IMG/VR virus record: IMGVR_UViG_3300022748_000017 | Location: 1-64,000 of that record | Strand: one strand, 5' to 3' | DNA length: 64,000 nt | Source: a virus | Part shown: piece after piece, positions 10,669 through 19,683 of the stretch | Position numbering within the stretch: position 1 is the first letter of the stretch | How the letters are laid out: each line of letters opens with the position of its first letter | Position numbers and translations under genes: made by a program | The notes under the pieces: generated by a model | What the model was told of the DNA's origin: nothing | The model's input: the letters and a program-made list of their open reading frames with translations, nothing else | The model's database searches: none

Positions 10669-13127
10669 GCCCTTCTCCCGTTAGAGGCCAATGACTTGTT
10701 TGCATATGTGTTTGCAGCCCAAATGGTGTTTGAGCTTTCCAGCAAACGCTGCTCAAACGACTTGGTATCAATCGCATTGATATATGTATTGTTCACAGTT
10801 GTAGAGCCGCCCATACCAGCAAGTTGGTTGTTTGGAATGATTGTCCCGGCAGATCGTGGAATAAAAAGCTCGGGTCCTTTTTCGCCAACAGGATATGCCG
10901 TCCCAGCATCAACCGGCCCACCAGCAGCATGTCCCGGACCCAATTTAACGCCACTGAAATTCAAAGCATATTGACTTGGATTTGCAGATGCTCCAGCAAA
11001 AAAGCTACCAAGCAGCCCACGCAACAACGTCATGGCTTGCAGCTTCATGTTCATGATGAGCATGTCTTGAATGACACTACGAGTGAAATCCTTGATGCTG
11101 AACTTGCCAGTGCGGACAAAGTTTTCGATGGCAGAAGACATGTTGCTCCATACAGCGTCATACATGCCTTGCATGTACTTAAGCGATTCCATGAACTTCA
11201 GGTTTTCAATACGAGCTTCAGAAACTCCACGCTTTTGCTTCTCGTAGTAATCCTGATCTTCTTTGGAGAGAAGACCATACTCTTCGCTTCGCTTCCATTG
11301 AGCAATCTCTTTTTCAATCTTCAGCTTCTCTTCGGCAATGCTCTTTTCCTTTTCAGTTGCACCAATCATTTCCATCTGGAGATGCAACAAATCAGACTGA
11401 TACTTGACCTCATCTTTTGATGTTTCAGTCTCACGAAATACCTTTAATTTGGCATCAATTTTCTTTTGATTCAATTGATTCTCAAATTCTTCTTGATGAC
11501 GCAATGCAGCAATCTCAGCATCAAGCTCTTGAATAAATCTTTTCTTACGGAGTTCAACACGTTTCTTTTCAGCTTCAGCAACAGCTTCAGAAATTTTGCT
11601 CTGACGCAATTTTTCTGTTTCACCAGCGTACTGATTAAAAGTCTCTTCGTTCTTTTTACGCTCTTCGTTTTTGGCTTGCTCAATTTTTCGAGCAAGCTCC
11701 AGTTCAATCTGCATCTCTTCAGATGCATTAGCCATACGCGCCTTGAACCTTGCGTCTGTCTTTGCCTTCTCAACTTCTTCCGCAATCTTCTTATAGCCAG
11801 CAAGACCGCCAGCTTTATCCCAAAGATTGATTTCCTCCTTGGATGTGCCAACATCTTTTGCTGCATCCGAACGACTACGCAAACGAACAATCTCAAGCAA
11901 AGCCTCTTTTTGATCTTTGAGTGCTTGAAGGTTTTTGAAGTTGCCTTCCTTGAACAAAGCATTGAACAACGTATGTTGCATCATGCTTTCATTCAAAGTA
12001 TCAATCTGCTTTGTCAATGCAGCGATATTTTGCTCAATGGTCGGGCCAGAAAGAGCTTCTTTGGTAGAGTCCCACCAATCGCTAAAAGTCTTTTGCAGGA
12101 AACGCCATTTTTCTTGAAGCATCCCAACGCCACGGGCTTGCTGCTCAAGTTTGGTTGTCAAGGCAATAGAAATCTCTTTTGCGGCCTCTTGAGTCTTTCC
12201 AAGTTTCTCAAGCGATTCAATGTTCTTGTACTGCTCAAGAGTCAAGAAATTCATCTTGTCATTGAGTGACTTTGCCTCAGAAGCTGAGCCACTAAGAGCA
12301 CCAGACAATGCTTTTGCTGCATCAGCACCAGAGATTCCTGCAACCCGAGCATATGTAAGCACAGCACGTTCAGCCGCACCAATGGACTCTTCCGTGAACT
12401 TCCCAGACTCCATTAAGCCCATCAAAGCATCTTTTGCAGTGCTGATTGATGTTCCACTGGCCTGAGCCATTTCTTTGGAAAGGCTGCGCCACTTCTCAAG
12501 AGTTACACCAGAATAGTTGCCAGTCAGCGCAATGGTTTTGTTGAAGTTATCAATCTCTTCATCAGCCTTGTATGCCGCATAAGCAAGCGCAGCAAAGCTA
12601 CCAATGATGCCTCCAAGAGCCAACTTAAATGGAGAGAACAAAGAAAGCACAGCGCGGAAAGCATTGCCAACACCGCCCATCGAATCTTTCAACTGACCAC
12701 CTTGCTGAATGAAGGCAATCATCGCGTTCTGACCGCTGGCAATCTGTGTAAAGAAGTCGGTAAGCTGATATGTCACTTGCAACTTTTGCTGCTCAGACAT
12801 TGCACCACTCATCTTCTTCATGGATGCCGCTTTTGCGTCATAGGCTTTTGCTTCAGCAAGCAACATGTCTTTTGTGTTCTGAGCCGCATACATAAAGCGG
12901 CCCTTGCTGATTTCACGCTCAATCTGCTCGACTTTTGTTAGAGTCTTGCCATAGTCTTCAGTAGCATCTTTGAGCGCAGAAACCTCACGCAAAGCAGCCT
13001 TGGTATCTTTCTCAACTTGATTGGAAAATTCTTTGAATTGTTTTTTGGCAGCGTCAATCCCCGTAACAAGCTCACCGCTGTCAACGCCAAGAACAATGCC
13101 AAGTCTGGCTAGGTATTGAGAAGCCAT
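10665..13127 (-). CDS. Tape measure protein (lambda H-like)
   Basis: QLTDFFTQIASGQ...QQGGQLKD motif, helical composition, GGPV...VGEKGPELF near C-terminus. Confidence 0.9.
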   Translation of the reverse strand: MASQYLARLGIVLGVDSGELVTGIDAAKKQFKEFSNQVEKDTKAALREVSALKDATEDYGKTLTKVEQIEREISKGRFMYAAQNTKDMLLAEAKAYDAKAASMKKMSGAMSEQQKLQVTYQLTDFFTQIASGQNAMIAFIQQGGQLKDSMGGVGNAFRAVLSLFSPFKLALGGIIGSFAALAYAAYKADEEIDNFNKTIALTGNYSGVTLEKWRSLSKEMAQASGTSISTAKDALMGLMESGKFTEESIGAAERAVLTYARVAGISGADAAKALSGALSGSASEAKSLNDKMNFLTLEQYKNIESLEKLGKTQEAAKEISIALTTKLEQQARGVGMLQEKWRFLQKTFSDWWDSTKEALSGPTIEQNIAALTKQIDTLNESMMQHTLFNALFKEGNFKNLQALKDQKEALLEIVRLRSRSDAAKDVGTSKEEINLWDKAGGLAGYKKIAEEVEKAKTDARFKARMANASEEMQIELELARKIEQAKNEERKKNEETFNQYAGETEKLRQSKISEAVAEAEKKRVELRKKRFIQELDAEIAALRHQEEFENQLNQKKIDAKLKVFRETETSKDEVKYQSDLLHLQMEMIGATEKEKSIAEEKLKIEKEIAQWKRSEEYGLLSKEDQDYYEKQKRGVSEARIENLKFMESLKYMQGMYDAVWSNMSSAIENFVRTGKFSIKDFTRSVIQDMLIMNMKLQAMTLLRGLLGSFFAGASANPSQYALNFSGVKLGPGHAAGGPVDAGTAYPVGEKGPELFIPRSAGTIIPNNQLAGMGGSTTVNNTYINAIDTKSFEQRLLESSNTIWAANTYANKSLASNGRRA

Positions 13128-13606
13128 TATTTCTTCCTCCGGGCTTGTTTAGCCGCCACTGTGTTGATGTATTCAACCAAGTTTTCTTTGAAAATGCTGA
13201 CCACATTATCCCTGTGTTTGGATATGGCTGGACGCAAAAAAGACTGAGCAGGAATCTTCTTTGTCCCGAATTCTTGGGCCAAAGAGACTGCTGATTTTTT
13301 GACTGAAACGACAGCAATAGCCACATCGGTCTGATTGACCATCAGGGACTTTCTATCTGTTTCGTTAGGAATTCGTGCCGTGACTTTGACCGTATCCCGC
13401 ATGTGGATCGGATTCTTCTCGTCACGGGCTTTTGTGCCGACAGGAACCGTGGTCAGAACCTCGTTGTAGACAGGCTCCATCGCATCCTTGGCGGCTTTAA
13501 CCAAGGTTTGACGGGCAACTGTATCTGCTCTTCCAAGAGCCATCAGATCGGAAAGTTTGGACTCAAGCTCTTCCAAACCTTCTATCCGAAAAATCTCAGT
13601 TGCCAT
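13127..13606 (-). CDS. HK97 gp10-like tail completion protein
   Basis: IEGLEEL start; EFGTKKIPAQSFLRPA motif. Confidence 0.8.
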   Translation of the reverse strand: MATEIFRIEGLEELESKLSDLMALGRADTVARQTLVKAAKDAMEPVYNEVLTTVPVGTKARDEKNPIHMRDTVKVTARIPNETDRKSLMVNQTDVAIAVVSVKKSAVSLAQEFGTKKIPAQSFLRPAISKHRDNVVSIFKENLVEYINTVAAKQARRKK

Positions 13607-13607
13607 G

Positions 13608-13958
13608 TCACGCCTTTATGTAAGCCTCCGACCCCGGTTTCATGGCAATGAAGGACAACAAGTTGGTGTTGGCCTGTTCTCGCTTCTGTTCCTCGGAAAG
13701 AGGTGGAACAATGTAATCGTGTGTTGACGGCAATACGTCCTGCATCTTGAAGGGCGTAGCTGTTTTCTGTATTTTCGCGTTCAGGTTGCCTGTGGTCAAA
13801 CAACTCAAGGCCAGAAGCACCGCCTTGGGTCCAAGCATACCATCAGACAACATGATTTCAATGGATCGCATGTCATCCACTGGAATCTCGTCAGGACACC
13901 CGCCGTGAGCATAGACATAAGCCCTAGCTTGGCGACGAATGTCCTGTATTAGTTTTTT
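13608..13958 (-). CDS. -1 frameshift extension of the tail assembly chaperone (gpGT-like)
   Basis: A AAA AAC slippery site at 13958-13952; the -1 frame is open into the 13608-13880 ORF. Confidence 0.75.
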   Translation of the reverse strand, partial: KKLIQDIRRQARAYVYAHGGCPDEIPVDDMRSIEIMLSDGMLGPKAVLLALSCLTTGNLNAKIQKTATPFKMQDVLPSTHDYIVPPLSEEQKREQANTNLLSFIAMKPGSEAYIKA

Positions 13959-14404
13959 CGCTCGTCCTTGTATCCGGGCTGGATGGCATCGCCAATCTTG
14001 CCCACGATTTCAATCTGGACGGACAAAGGCCACTCGGCTTCAATCTCTTCGTATGTCAGATCATCCAAGGTCCCCTCTTGTGGGACCAGCAACCGGATGA
14101 ATTCGACCACACGGGCTTCAAATTGAAGGCCAATACGAACCACATCTTTTGTGGAGCGACCATCAACGATGACATCATCATCAGTGAAGACCACGCCTGC
14201 TGTCTCGATATTCTTATCGAACCCAGCGACCAATTTTTCATAGCGTTCATCAAACTTTGCCTGATCGACTTCTTTGACACGCTCTTCAATCGCTTCCATT
14301 TCCTTGGTCAAAGGAATACGGACGCGAAAGGTTTGACCTGCAATCTCAAACGTCTTGATCCGCAGGTCTTGTGAATTCTTAAATGCTGCTCCGAGCCTTG
14401 TCAT
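13949..14404 (-). CDS. Tail assembly chaperone (gpG-like)
   Basis: Between tail tube and tape measure genes; ends in a slippery heptamer; homolog at 53940-54431. Confidence 0.75.
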   Translation of the reverse strand: MTRLGAAFKNSQDLRIKTFEIAGQTFRVRIPLTKEMEAIEERVKEVDQAKFDERYEKLVAGFDKNIETAGVVFTDDDVIVDGRSTKDVVRIGLQFEARVVEFIRLLVPQEGTLDDLTYEEIEAEWPLSVQIEIVGKIGDAIQPGYKDERKN

Positions 14405-14405
14405 G

Positions 14406-14636
14406 TCATTTCCTGTTGTTGATAATCTTGTTGTAAATCTCTTGATTCAGTTCGACAGCATAGTCCACCGCCTCTGTTGGAGTCAGTTTATCTGCATGTT
14501 TGGCTGCAATTTCATGAGATAGCGCAACCGCCGTAATTCTTTGAGTTGAAAAGCTAAACCAATCTTTTCTTTCACTTGATTGAAGAAGCAAAAAATGTAA
14601 GAGGTCTAAACTTGATTTTTTGTCGTCTTTTGTCAT
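14406..14636 (-). CDS. Conserved hypothetical tail-region protein
   Basis: Homolog at 54983-55210 (KDWF, LxHEIAxKHADK). Confidence 0.7.
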   Translation of the reverse strand: MTKDDKKSSLDLLHFLLLQSSERKDWFSFSTQRITAVALSHEIAAKHADKLTPTEAVDYAVELNQEIYNKIINNRK

Positions 14637-14638
14637 AT

Positions 14639-15187
14639 TTATTCTATTAAAAATTGATTGTGTTTTTTTCTGTTTTCTTGTTTTGTGATAATCATAAGAT
14701 TTTCTGGAACATGAAGCCCACAAACCTTATTATTTATCAAAGGAATGATGTGGTCAACTTCAACATCAAATCCATTCTTTCTCATTCTTGACGCCTTTGC
14801 ATAAATTTCTTTAATTGCCTCAAGATTCGCCCAAGATGGAGTGCATGTTTTTTTGTGCGATCTTCTTTTGGCGCAATAAAAGTACGACAACTCGGCATGT
14901 TTTTCTTTATTCAAAGATTCCCAGCTTCTTGCTCTTGATTTGTAGACATCACTATTTTTAGAATAATGATTCTTCTTTTGCTCAAGAACTTTTTGCAAAT
15001 TGTTTGCTTTCCATTGTTTGGCGTTTTGTTTTATTTTTTCTGCATTTTTCTGATAATACAACTTGTCACAAGATTTGCATCTGCTAGACAAACCATATTT
15101 GCCTTGTGGATTTGCAGAAAAACACAAAATTTCTTTTGTCTCTTTGCATGTACCACATTGTTTTTTCAATACAATTGTTTCGCTCAT
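14639..15187 (-). CDS. Free-standing HNH homing endonuclease
   Basis: CxxC zinc motifs, VDHIIPL...VCGLHVPENL...EN..K; AT-rich; absent from unit B; GGAG RBS before MSETI. Confidence 0.85.
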   Translation of the reverse strand: MSETIVLKKQCGTCKETKEILCFSANPQGKYGLSSRCKSCDKLYYQKNAEKIKQNAKQWKANNLQKVLEQKKNHYSKNSDVYKSRARSWESLNKEKHAELSYFYCAKRRSHKKTCTPSWANLEAIKEIYAKASRMRKNGFDVEVDHIIPLINNKVCGLHVPENLMIITKQENRKKHNQFLIE

Positions 15188-15252
15188 TTCGTTCTCCATT
15201 AACGTCATGGGAAGTAAAGCCTCAGTGCGCCAACACTGGGGCTTTGCGCTTT

Positions 15253-15777
15253 TTAAGCGTTGTTCGACCAACCGTAGCTGTTGCCACCAACCGGATGGAT
15301 GGTGAATTCAAATTTACCTTCAGCAGTAGGAGACATGTCCCACTTCAGGCCACCAACGCGACCATTGAAGGCGTATGCCACAGTGTCAGTGCCGTCATAC
15401 ACAGCAACAACATAGGTACGGATGATCGTACCGCTTGTGCCGTCAGCACGCATCAGCAACTGAGCAGGATCAGCAGGGTTCCATGCGGCAGTGATGGTCA
15501 AAGAAGTCACTTGGTTTTGGGTAGTGATCTTTGCACCAGTACGAGCACCAGCAACCGAGTAAGCTGCAAAAGCGTCATCAGAACCGAAGGCGGGGACTGC
15601 TTCCACAGGAATCTGTTCGCCATCAGTGCCAGTGCCGCCAGCAGACGTACCGATAATGTCAGCAACTTGACCTGTCCAAGTACCCAGTTGGGTATCTGTC
15701 AGAGCAGTAGGGTTAGAGCCGGTTTGACACCACAGCGTAGCAACGTAACCGGGCAAGACTTTGTTAATCAGAGCCAT
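15253..15777 (-). CDS. Major tail (tube) protein
   Basis: Position, size, strong RBS, conserved homolog in unit B. Confidence 0.75.
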   Translation of the reverse strand: MALINKVLPGYVATLWCQTGSNPTALTDTQLGTWTGQVADIIGTSAGGTGTDGEQIPVEAVPAFGSDDAFAAYSVAGARTGAKITTQNQVTSLTITAAWNPADPAQLLMRADGTSGTIIRTYVVAVYDGTDTVAYAFNGRVGGLKWDMSPTAEGKFEFTIHPVGGNSYGWSNNA

Positions 15778-15815
15778 TTTGAGCTTCCTTTAAAGAGTTG
15801 AACAATTATCTTGTT

Positions 15816-16235
15816 TTAAGCTGGGATGTCAATGGTGCAATCCAAATAGATTTGCGCCATCTTCTCTTCGTTATTGTAGCTGTTATATAGCCACAAAACA
15901 TCAGCTTTTGCGATGAAGAAACCGTCAGAAGGCGAACCAAACTGACCGCTATATCCATGCAACTGCTGGAGAATTTGATTGGAAATTGTGAATCCATCTT
16001 CAATCTGCTGAGTGAAAATGGAAATCTGAAATGTCGGCCTGTCAATGCCCTTGTTGCCCTTTGTCTGGCCCGTATACACAGGCTGATGGACATCACGCAG
16101 CATCCAAGTAATGAACTTGGGCTGATTGGCAAAGTTCCTGTTGAACGCCGCATACACGGGCACAGGATTGACGATTTGCGTCAGTTGGTACTGAATCGCT
16201 TTACCGTAATCAACGACATTGAGTTGCTGGACCAT
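15816..16235 (-). CDS. Tail terminator/completion protein
   Basis: Position before the tube gene; PTFQISIF motif. Confidence 0.65.
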   Translation of the reverse strand: MVQQLNVVDYGKAIQYQLTQIVNPVPVYAAFNRNFANQPKFITWMLRDVHQPVYTGQTKGNKGIDRPTFQISIFTQQIEDGFTISNQILQQLHGYSGQFGSPSDGFFIAKADVLWLYNSYNNEEKMAQIYLDCTIDIPA

Positions 16236-16580
16236 TTAGACCGCCGTAACTGGATCAGAACGATAGCACATCAACGTCACGCGCATACGGTCATTCGATT
16301 CACGAACATCCGTGATGCGCCAATCGTTACCGCGCCAAGTGATTGAATACGACTGCTGGTTATCAACAATCGTCTTCATGTTCGGAGTGTAGTTCAACGT
16401 GAAATTGACCAAATCCTGATACAGACGATACCTGTCCGCAATCTTCACACTGTTTGCGACATCAGCAACCCTTGCGCGAGTACCAAACCACACCGTTTGC
16501 GTGGTCGATTGCTCACCGAAATCCGACTTTCCAAAAGCCAGATTGTTGATCGTGATGTTCTCAAAACGAGCGATTGTCAT
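16236..16580 (-). CDS. Head closure/head-tail joining protein
   Basis: DFGEQ, ITWRGNDWRITDV motifs; synteny. Confidence 0.75.
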   Translation of the reverse strand: MTIARFENITINNLAFGKSDFGEQSTTQTVWFGTRARVADVANSVKIADRYRLYQDLVNFTLNYTPNMKTIVDNQQSYSITWRGNDWRITDVRESNDRMRVTLMCYRSDPVTAV

Positions 16581-17251
16581 TACATCACCAATGGCTTGTA
16601 TGAACGGAGCAGCGTTGTCACACCAAACGGAATGTCCTTCAGTTTGGTTTCAGTAGCATTTGCACGATTGTTGTACAAGTGCGTGAACAACAGCAGACCA
16701 GCTTGCTTAATCACAGGGTACGTCTGCAACGGGTTCGGAGCAGTGGTGTACTCAACAATGATTGGCGCAGTCATGCTGCTGTTGATGTTGGTCGGCAGAC
16801 TCGACACGATGACCTTGTTGCCGCTTGCATCGTAGTAATACTCAGTGTCGCTGATGACAGTCAGGACAGGAGGCGTTGCATCGCTCCAGAATGCCACACG
16901 ATTGATTTCCACACCAGACAAATCAGGATACTGATTCTGGCTGACTTCAGGAAGGTCAAGGCAAGTTGGAGAAGCCACAAGGCTTTCTGGTCCGTACCAA
17001 ACTCGGTACGTCACAGGGAAAATCGACAGGCCAAGATAATCCTCAATTGCTTGGCGCGTAGCCAGTTCAAGGCTCTTGAGGTATGTATCTTGGCTTTCGT
17101 CTTCAAACAGGTTGATATGCTGTGTAATCTCATCCAGCGTCAGCCAAGGCGTAACCACATCGCGGTCAATCTGCTCAACCTTTGTGTAGTTGAACGGATT
17201 GCGCGTTTGTGCGCCAAACGGCAGACCGGAAAGAGCGTTATCAGCAGCCAT
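16580..17251 (-). CDS. Head-tail adaptor (gp6-like)
   Basis: LTLDEI...IEDYLG; IKQAGLLLFTHLYNNR; PFGVTTLL. Confidence 0.85.
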   Translation of the reverse strand: MAADNALSGLPFGAQTRNPFNYTKVEQIDRDVVTPWLTLDEITQHINLFEDESQDTYLKSLELATRQAIEDYLGLSIFPVTYRVWYGPESLVASPTCLDLPEVSQNQYPDLSGVEINRVAFWSDATPPVLTVISDTEYYYDASGNKVIVSSLPTNINSSMTAPIIVEYTTAPNPLQTYPVIKQAGLLLFTHLYNNRANATETKLKDIPFGVTTLLRSYKPLVM

Positions 17252-17261
17252 ACTTCACCTC

Positions 17262-18278
17262 TTAAGCACTCATACGAGCGCCAGCAAACGGATCACGGAC
17301 AGTAGACACAACACGCTTTTCAGCATAGATGGTCATGAAGCCGGGAGTGGTCTGTTCAAACAATTGAATCGACATTTCCTCATTGTCGCCGATTGTCATG
17401 AAACGAGGCCAGTTTGCCAAATAAATTGGGAAGCTGGTAGACAAATATGGGTTCGGCACAACTTTGAAACCGAACATATAAGCTACAGCACCACCATCGT
17501 CATCACCAGTTTCCACGAACAGCGGCAAACCTTGACCGTCTTTCAGCTTACGCAGAGAGTCAATCATGGAAGGACGAATGTGCCATGCGTTGCCGGGAAG
17601 AGGCCAGTATTGGCTTGGGAAAGCGTTCACGATGTCAACAATGTTGTCATAGGTCACGCCACCGCTGGTTTGTGCAACTGTAGCCAGTGTGTGAATACCA
17701 GCAGTGATTGCAGTGCCAGAAGTGCCATAAGCAGCCTCTGAACCAGACGTATACATGTCCAGACCGCGAAGGCCAGATGTTGCGCCAGTGGAAGTGGTTG
17801 TAGAGCCAGCTTGGTCGTTGTTGATCGCCATCGAAGCACCTTCGATTTGCGAGAATTCCAACATCAGGTCTTCAACCAAAGTGTTTTGCAAGTTGTTCAC
17901 ATCCGACAGAACTGCTGTACGGACGGGAAGCTGTGCAGTCACAGCACGAACGGGCAATTGCCAGATCGAGGTGTTTGTGCCGGGAGTACCAGTGTTATTC
18001 TGAACTGGATAGCCCCAAGGATTCGTTTGATAAGCAGCGTTACCAGTCTTGGCAACGAACTGTTCATCAGAACCGTCAGTTGTCACCACGCGGGCAGCTT
18101 GACGGAAAGGGTTTGCATATCGCAGCGTTGCGAATGCGTCATCAAAGATAACACGACCACCAATACCCGAACCGGAACCAGTCAACGAGGACGCTTCCTT
18201 GAGGTCGATGGAGACTGTGCTGCCTTCTGTATAGGCTTGTTTGATTCCGCTAAGGATTTTCTCGGTGATAGTAGTCAT
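17262..18278 (-). CDS. Second HK97-fold capsid protein (paralog with short N-terminus)
   Basis: Shares KTGNA, RTAxL, GLRGLD, PxQYW, EKR...VRDPFAG with the MCP upstream. Confidence 0.85.
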   Translation of the reverse strand: MTTITEKILSGIKQAYTEGSTVSIDLKEASSLTGSGSGIGGRVIFDDAFATLRYANPFRQAARVVTTDGSDEQFVAKTGNAAYQTNPWGYPVQNNTGTPGTNTSIWQLPVRAVTAQLPVRTAVLSDVNNLQNTLVEDLMLEFSQIEGASMAINNDQAGSTTTSTGATSGLRGLDMYTSGSEAAYGTSGTAITAGIHTLATVAQTSGGVTYDNIVDIVNAFPSQYWPLPGNAWHIRPSMIDSLRKLKDGQGLPLFVETGDDDGGAVAYMFGFKVVPNPYLSTSFPIYLANWPRFMTIGDNEEMSIQLFEQTTPGFMTIYAEKRVVSTVRDPFAGARMSA

Positions 18279-18301
18279 GGCATTTCCTAAAAAAGCGAAT
18301 T

Positions 18302-18326
18302 AAAAAGCGGGGGCCGTAGCCCCCAC
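18302..18326 (-). terminator. Intrinsic terminator between the capsid paralogs
   Basis: GGGGGC-TACG-GCCCCC followed by a T-tract; conserved at 58262-58289. Confidence 0.8.
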
Positions 18327-18331
18327 TTTCA

Positions 18332-19681
18332 TCAGGTTGCTGTACCTGTCGAACGATAGCGAACGCCAGCGAACGGATCGCGCACAGAAGTTGCCAGACG
18401 CTTTTCACCGTAGAAGGTGATGTAGCCGGGCAATGTCTGGTCATAGCGACGAACCAGCATGTTCAGACGGTCGATGATCGTGTGGAAACGCGACCAGTCA
18501 GCGAAGTACGCAGGGTACAGGCTGGTAGTGCCAGCAGAGCCAGTAGTGGCTTGTGCAGGAGCGTCAACGTAGCTGTTAACAACCACATCGAAGCCCAACA
18601 GTTGACCGACGATACCGTCAACCGACAAACCTTCGTTACGGTTGAAGATAGGAGCGCCGTTGTCATCAACCAGACCACGCACTTGCGACAAGAACACGTT
18701 GTTCATCATGATCTTGGCATTGGGGGTCCAATACTGCTGTGGCAGAGCGTAGATGAAGTTAACGATGTCCTTGTAGGTCACGTTACCAGCGCCCACGGTG
18801 TTGGCGTTAGTGGTCAACTGGTCATAGGTGTTCAGGCTATGCAGACCAGTGTTGGAGCCAGTACCGGAAGTACCGAAAGCAGCAGTCGAGTGCGTACCAC
18901 CAGTGTAGGTAGCGTTAGCACCGCCGTACTGATCCAGACCACGCAGACCATCAGCACCACCAGTAGCTACGGTAGTACCGTCACCAGACTGGTCGTTGTT
19001 GGAGATCATGGACTGAGCTTCAGCTTGCGCGAATTCAGCCAGCATGTCATCAACCACGTTGGCTTCCAAGCCGTCGATGTCGTCCAGAGCCGCAGTACGG
19101 ATCGGGAACTGCACGTTGATGTCCTTCAGAACGATTTGCCAGATACTGGTGTTTTCAGTAGTAGCCGAACCGTTGTTCTGGATTGCATAGCCCCACTGAG
19201 CGCCAGCGTTGCCAGTCTTCACACGGAACTGATAGCTGGAACCATCGGTAGCAACGGTGCGAGACACGCCGCGCAGAGGGTTTTCCAGACGCAGAGCGCG
19301 GAACACGGGATCGTAAGCAGTACGACCACCTTTGCCATCACCGCCAGCGGTCAGAGCAGAGGCTTCAGTCATGTACGCAGCCAGTTGCGACTCGTCAGAG
19401 AAAATCTTCAGTTCTTTGTCCACATTGGACTTGCCAGAAGCCATCTCTTTGAGTTGTTCGCGCACCAGACGGTTAACGTCTTGACGAACGCTCTTGGCCT
19501 TCTCTTTGTGGATAGCAGGAGCTTGCACAGAAGCAACTTTGGCTTCCAGAGCAGACACCATTTCGCTGAATTCAGCTTTGACAGCTTCAACAGCAGCGGG
19601 GATAGCAGCTTCAACTGCTTGGATTTTCTCGGCTTGCGAAGCCTCGATAGCATCCAGTTTTTCGATGATTTCTTTAGACAT
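18332..19681 (-). CDS. Major capsid protein, HK97 family, with delta/scaffold N-terminus
   Basis: Follows the prohead protease; ~105-aa coiled-coil leader; HK97-fold motifs. Confidence 0.92.
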   Translation of the reverse strand: MSKEIIEKLDAIEASQAEKIQAVEAAIPAAVEAVKAEFSEMVSALEAKVASVQAPAIHKEKAKSVRQDVNRLVREQLKEMASGKSNVDKELKIFSDESQLAAYMTEASALTAGGDGKGGRTAYDPVFRALRLENPLRGVSRTVATDGSSYQFRVKTGNAGAQWGYAIQNNGSATTENTSIWQIVLKDINVQFPIRTAALDDIDGLEANVVDDMLAEFAQAEAQSMISNNDQSGDGTTVATGGADGLRGLDQYGGANATYTGGTHSTAAFGTSGTGSNTGLHSLNTYDQLTTNANTVGAGNVTYKDIVNFIYALPQQYWTPNAKIMMNNVFLSQVRGLVDDNGAPIFNRNEGLSVDGIVGQLLGFDVVVNSYVDAPAQATTGSAGTTSLYPAYFADWSRFHTIIDRLNMLVRRYDQTLPGYITFYGEKRLATSVRDPFAGVRYRSTGTAT

Positions 19682-19683
19682 GA

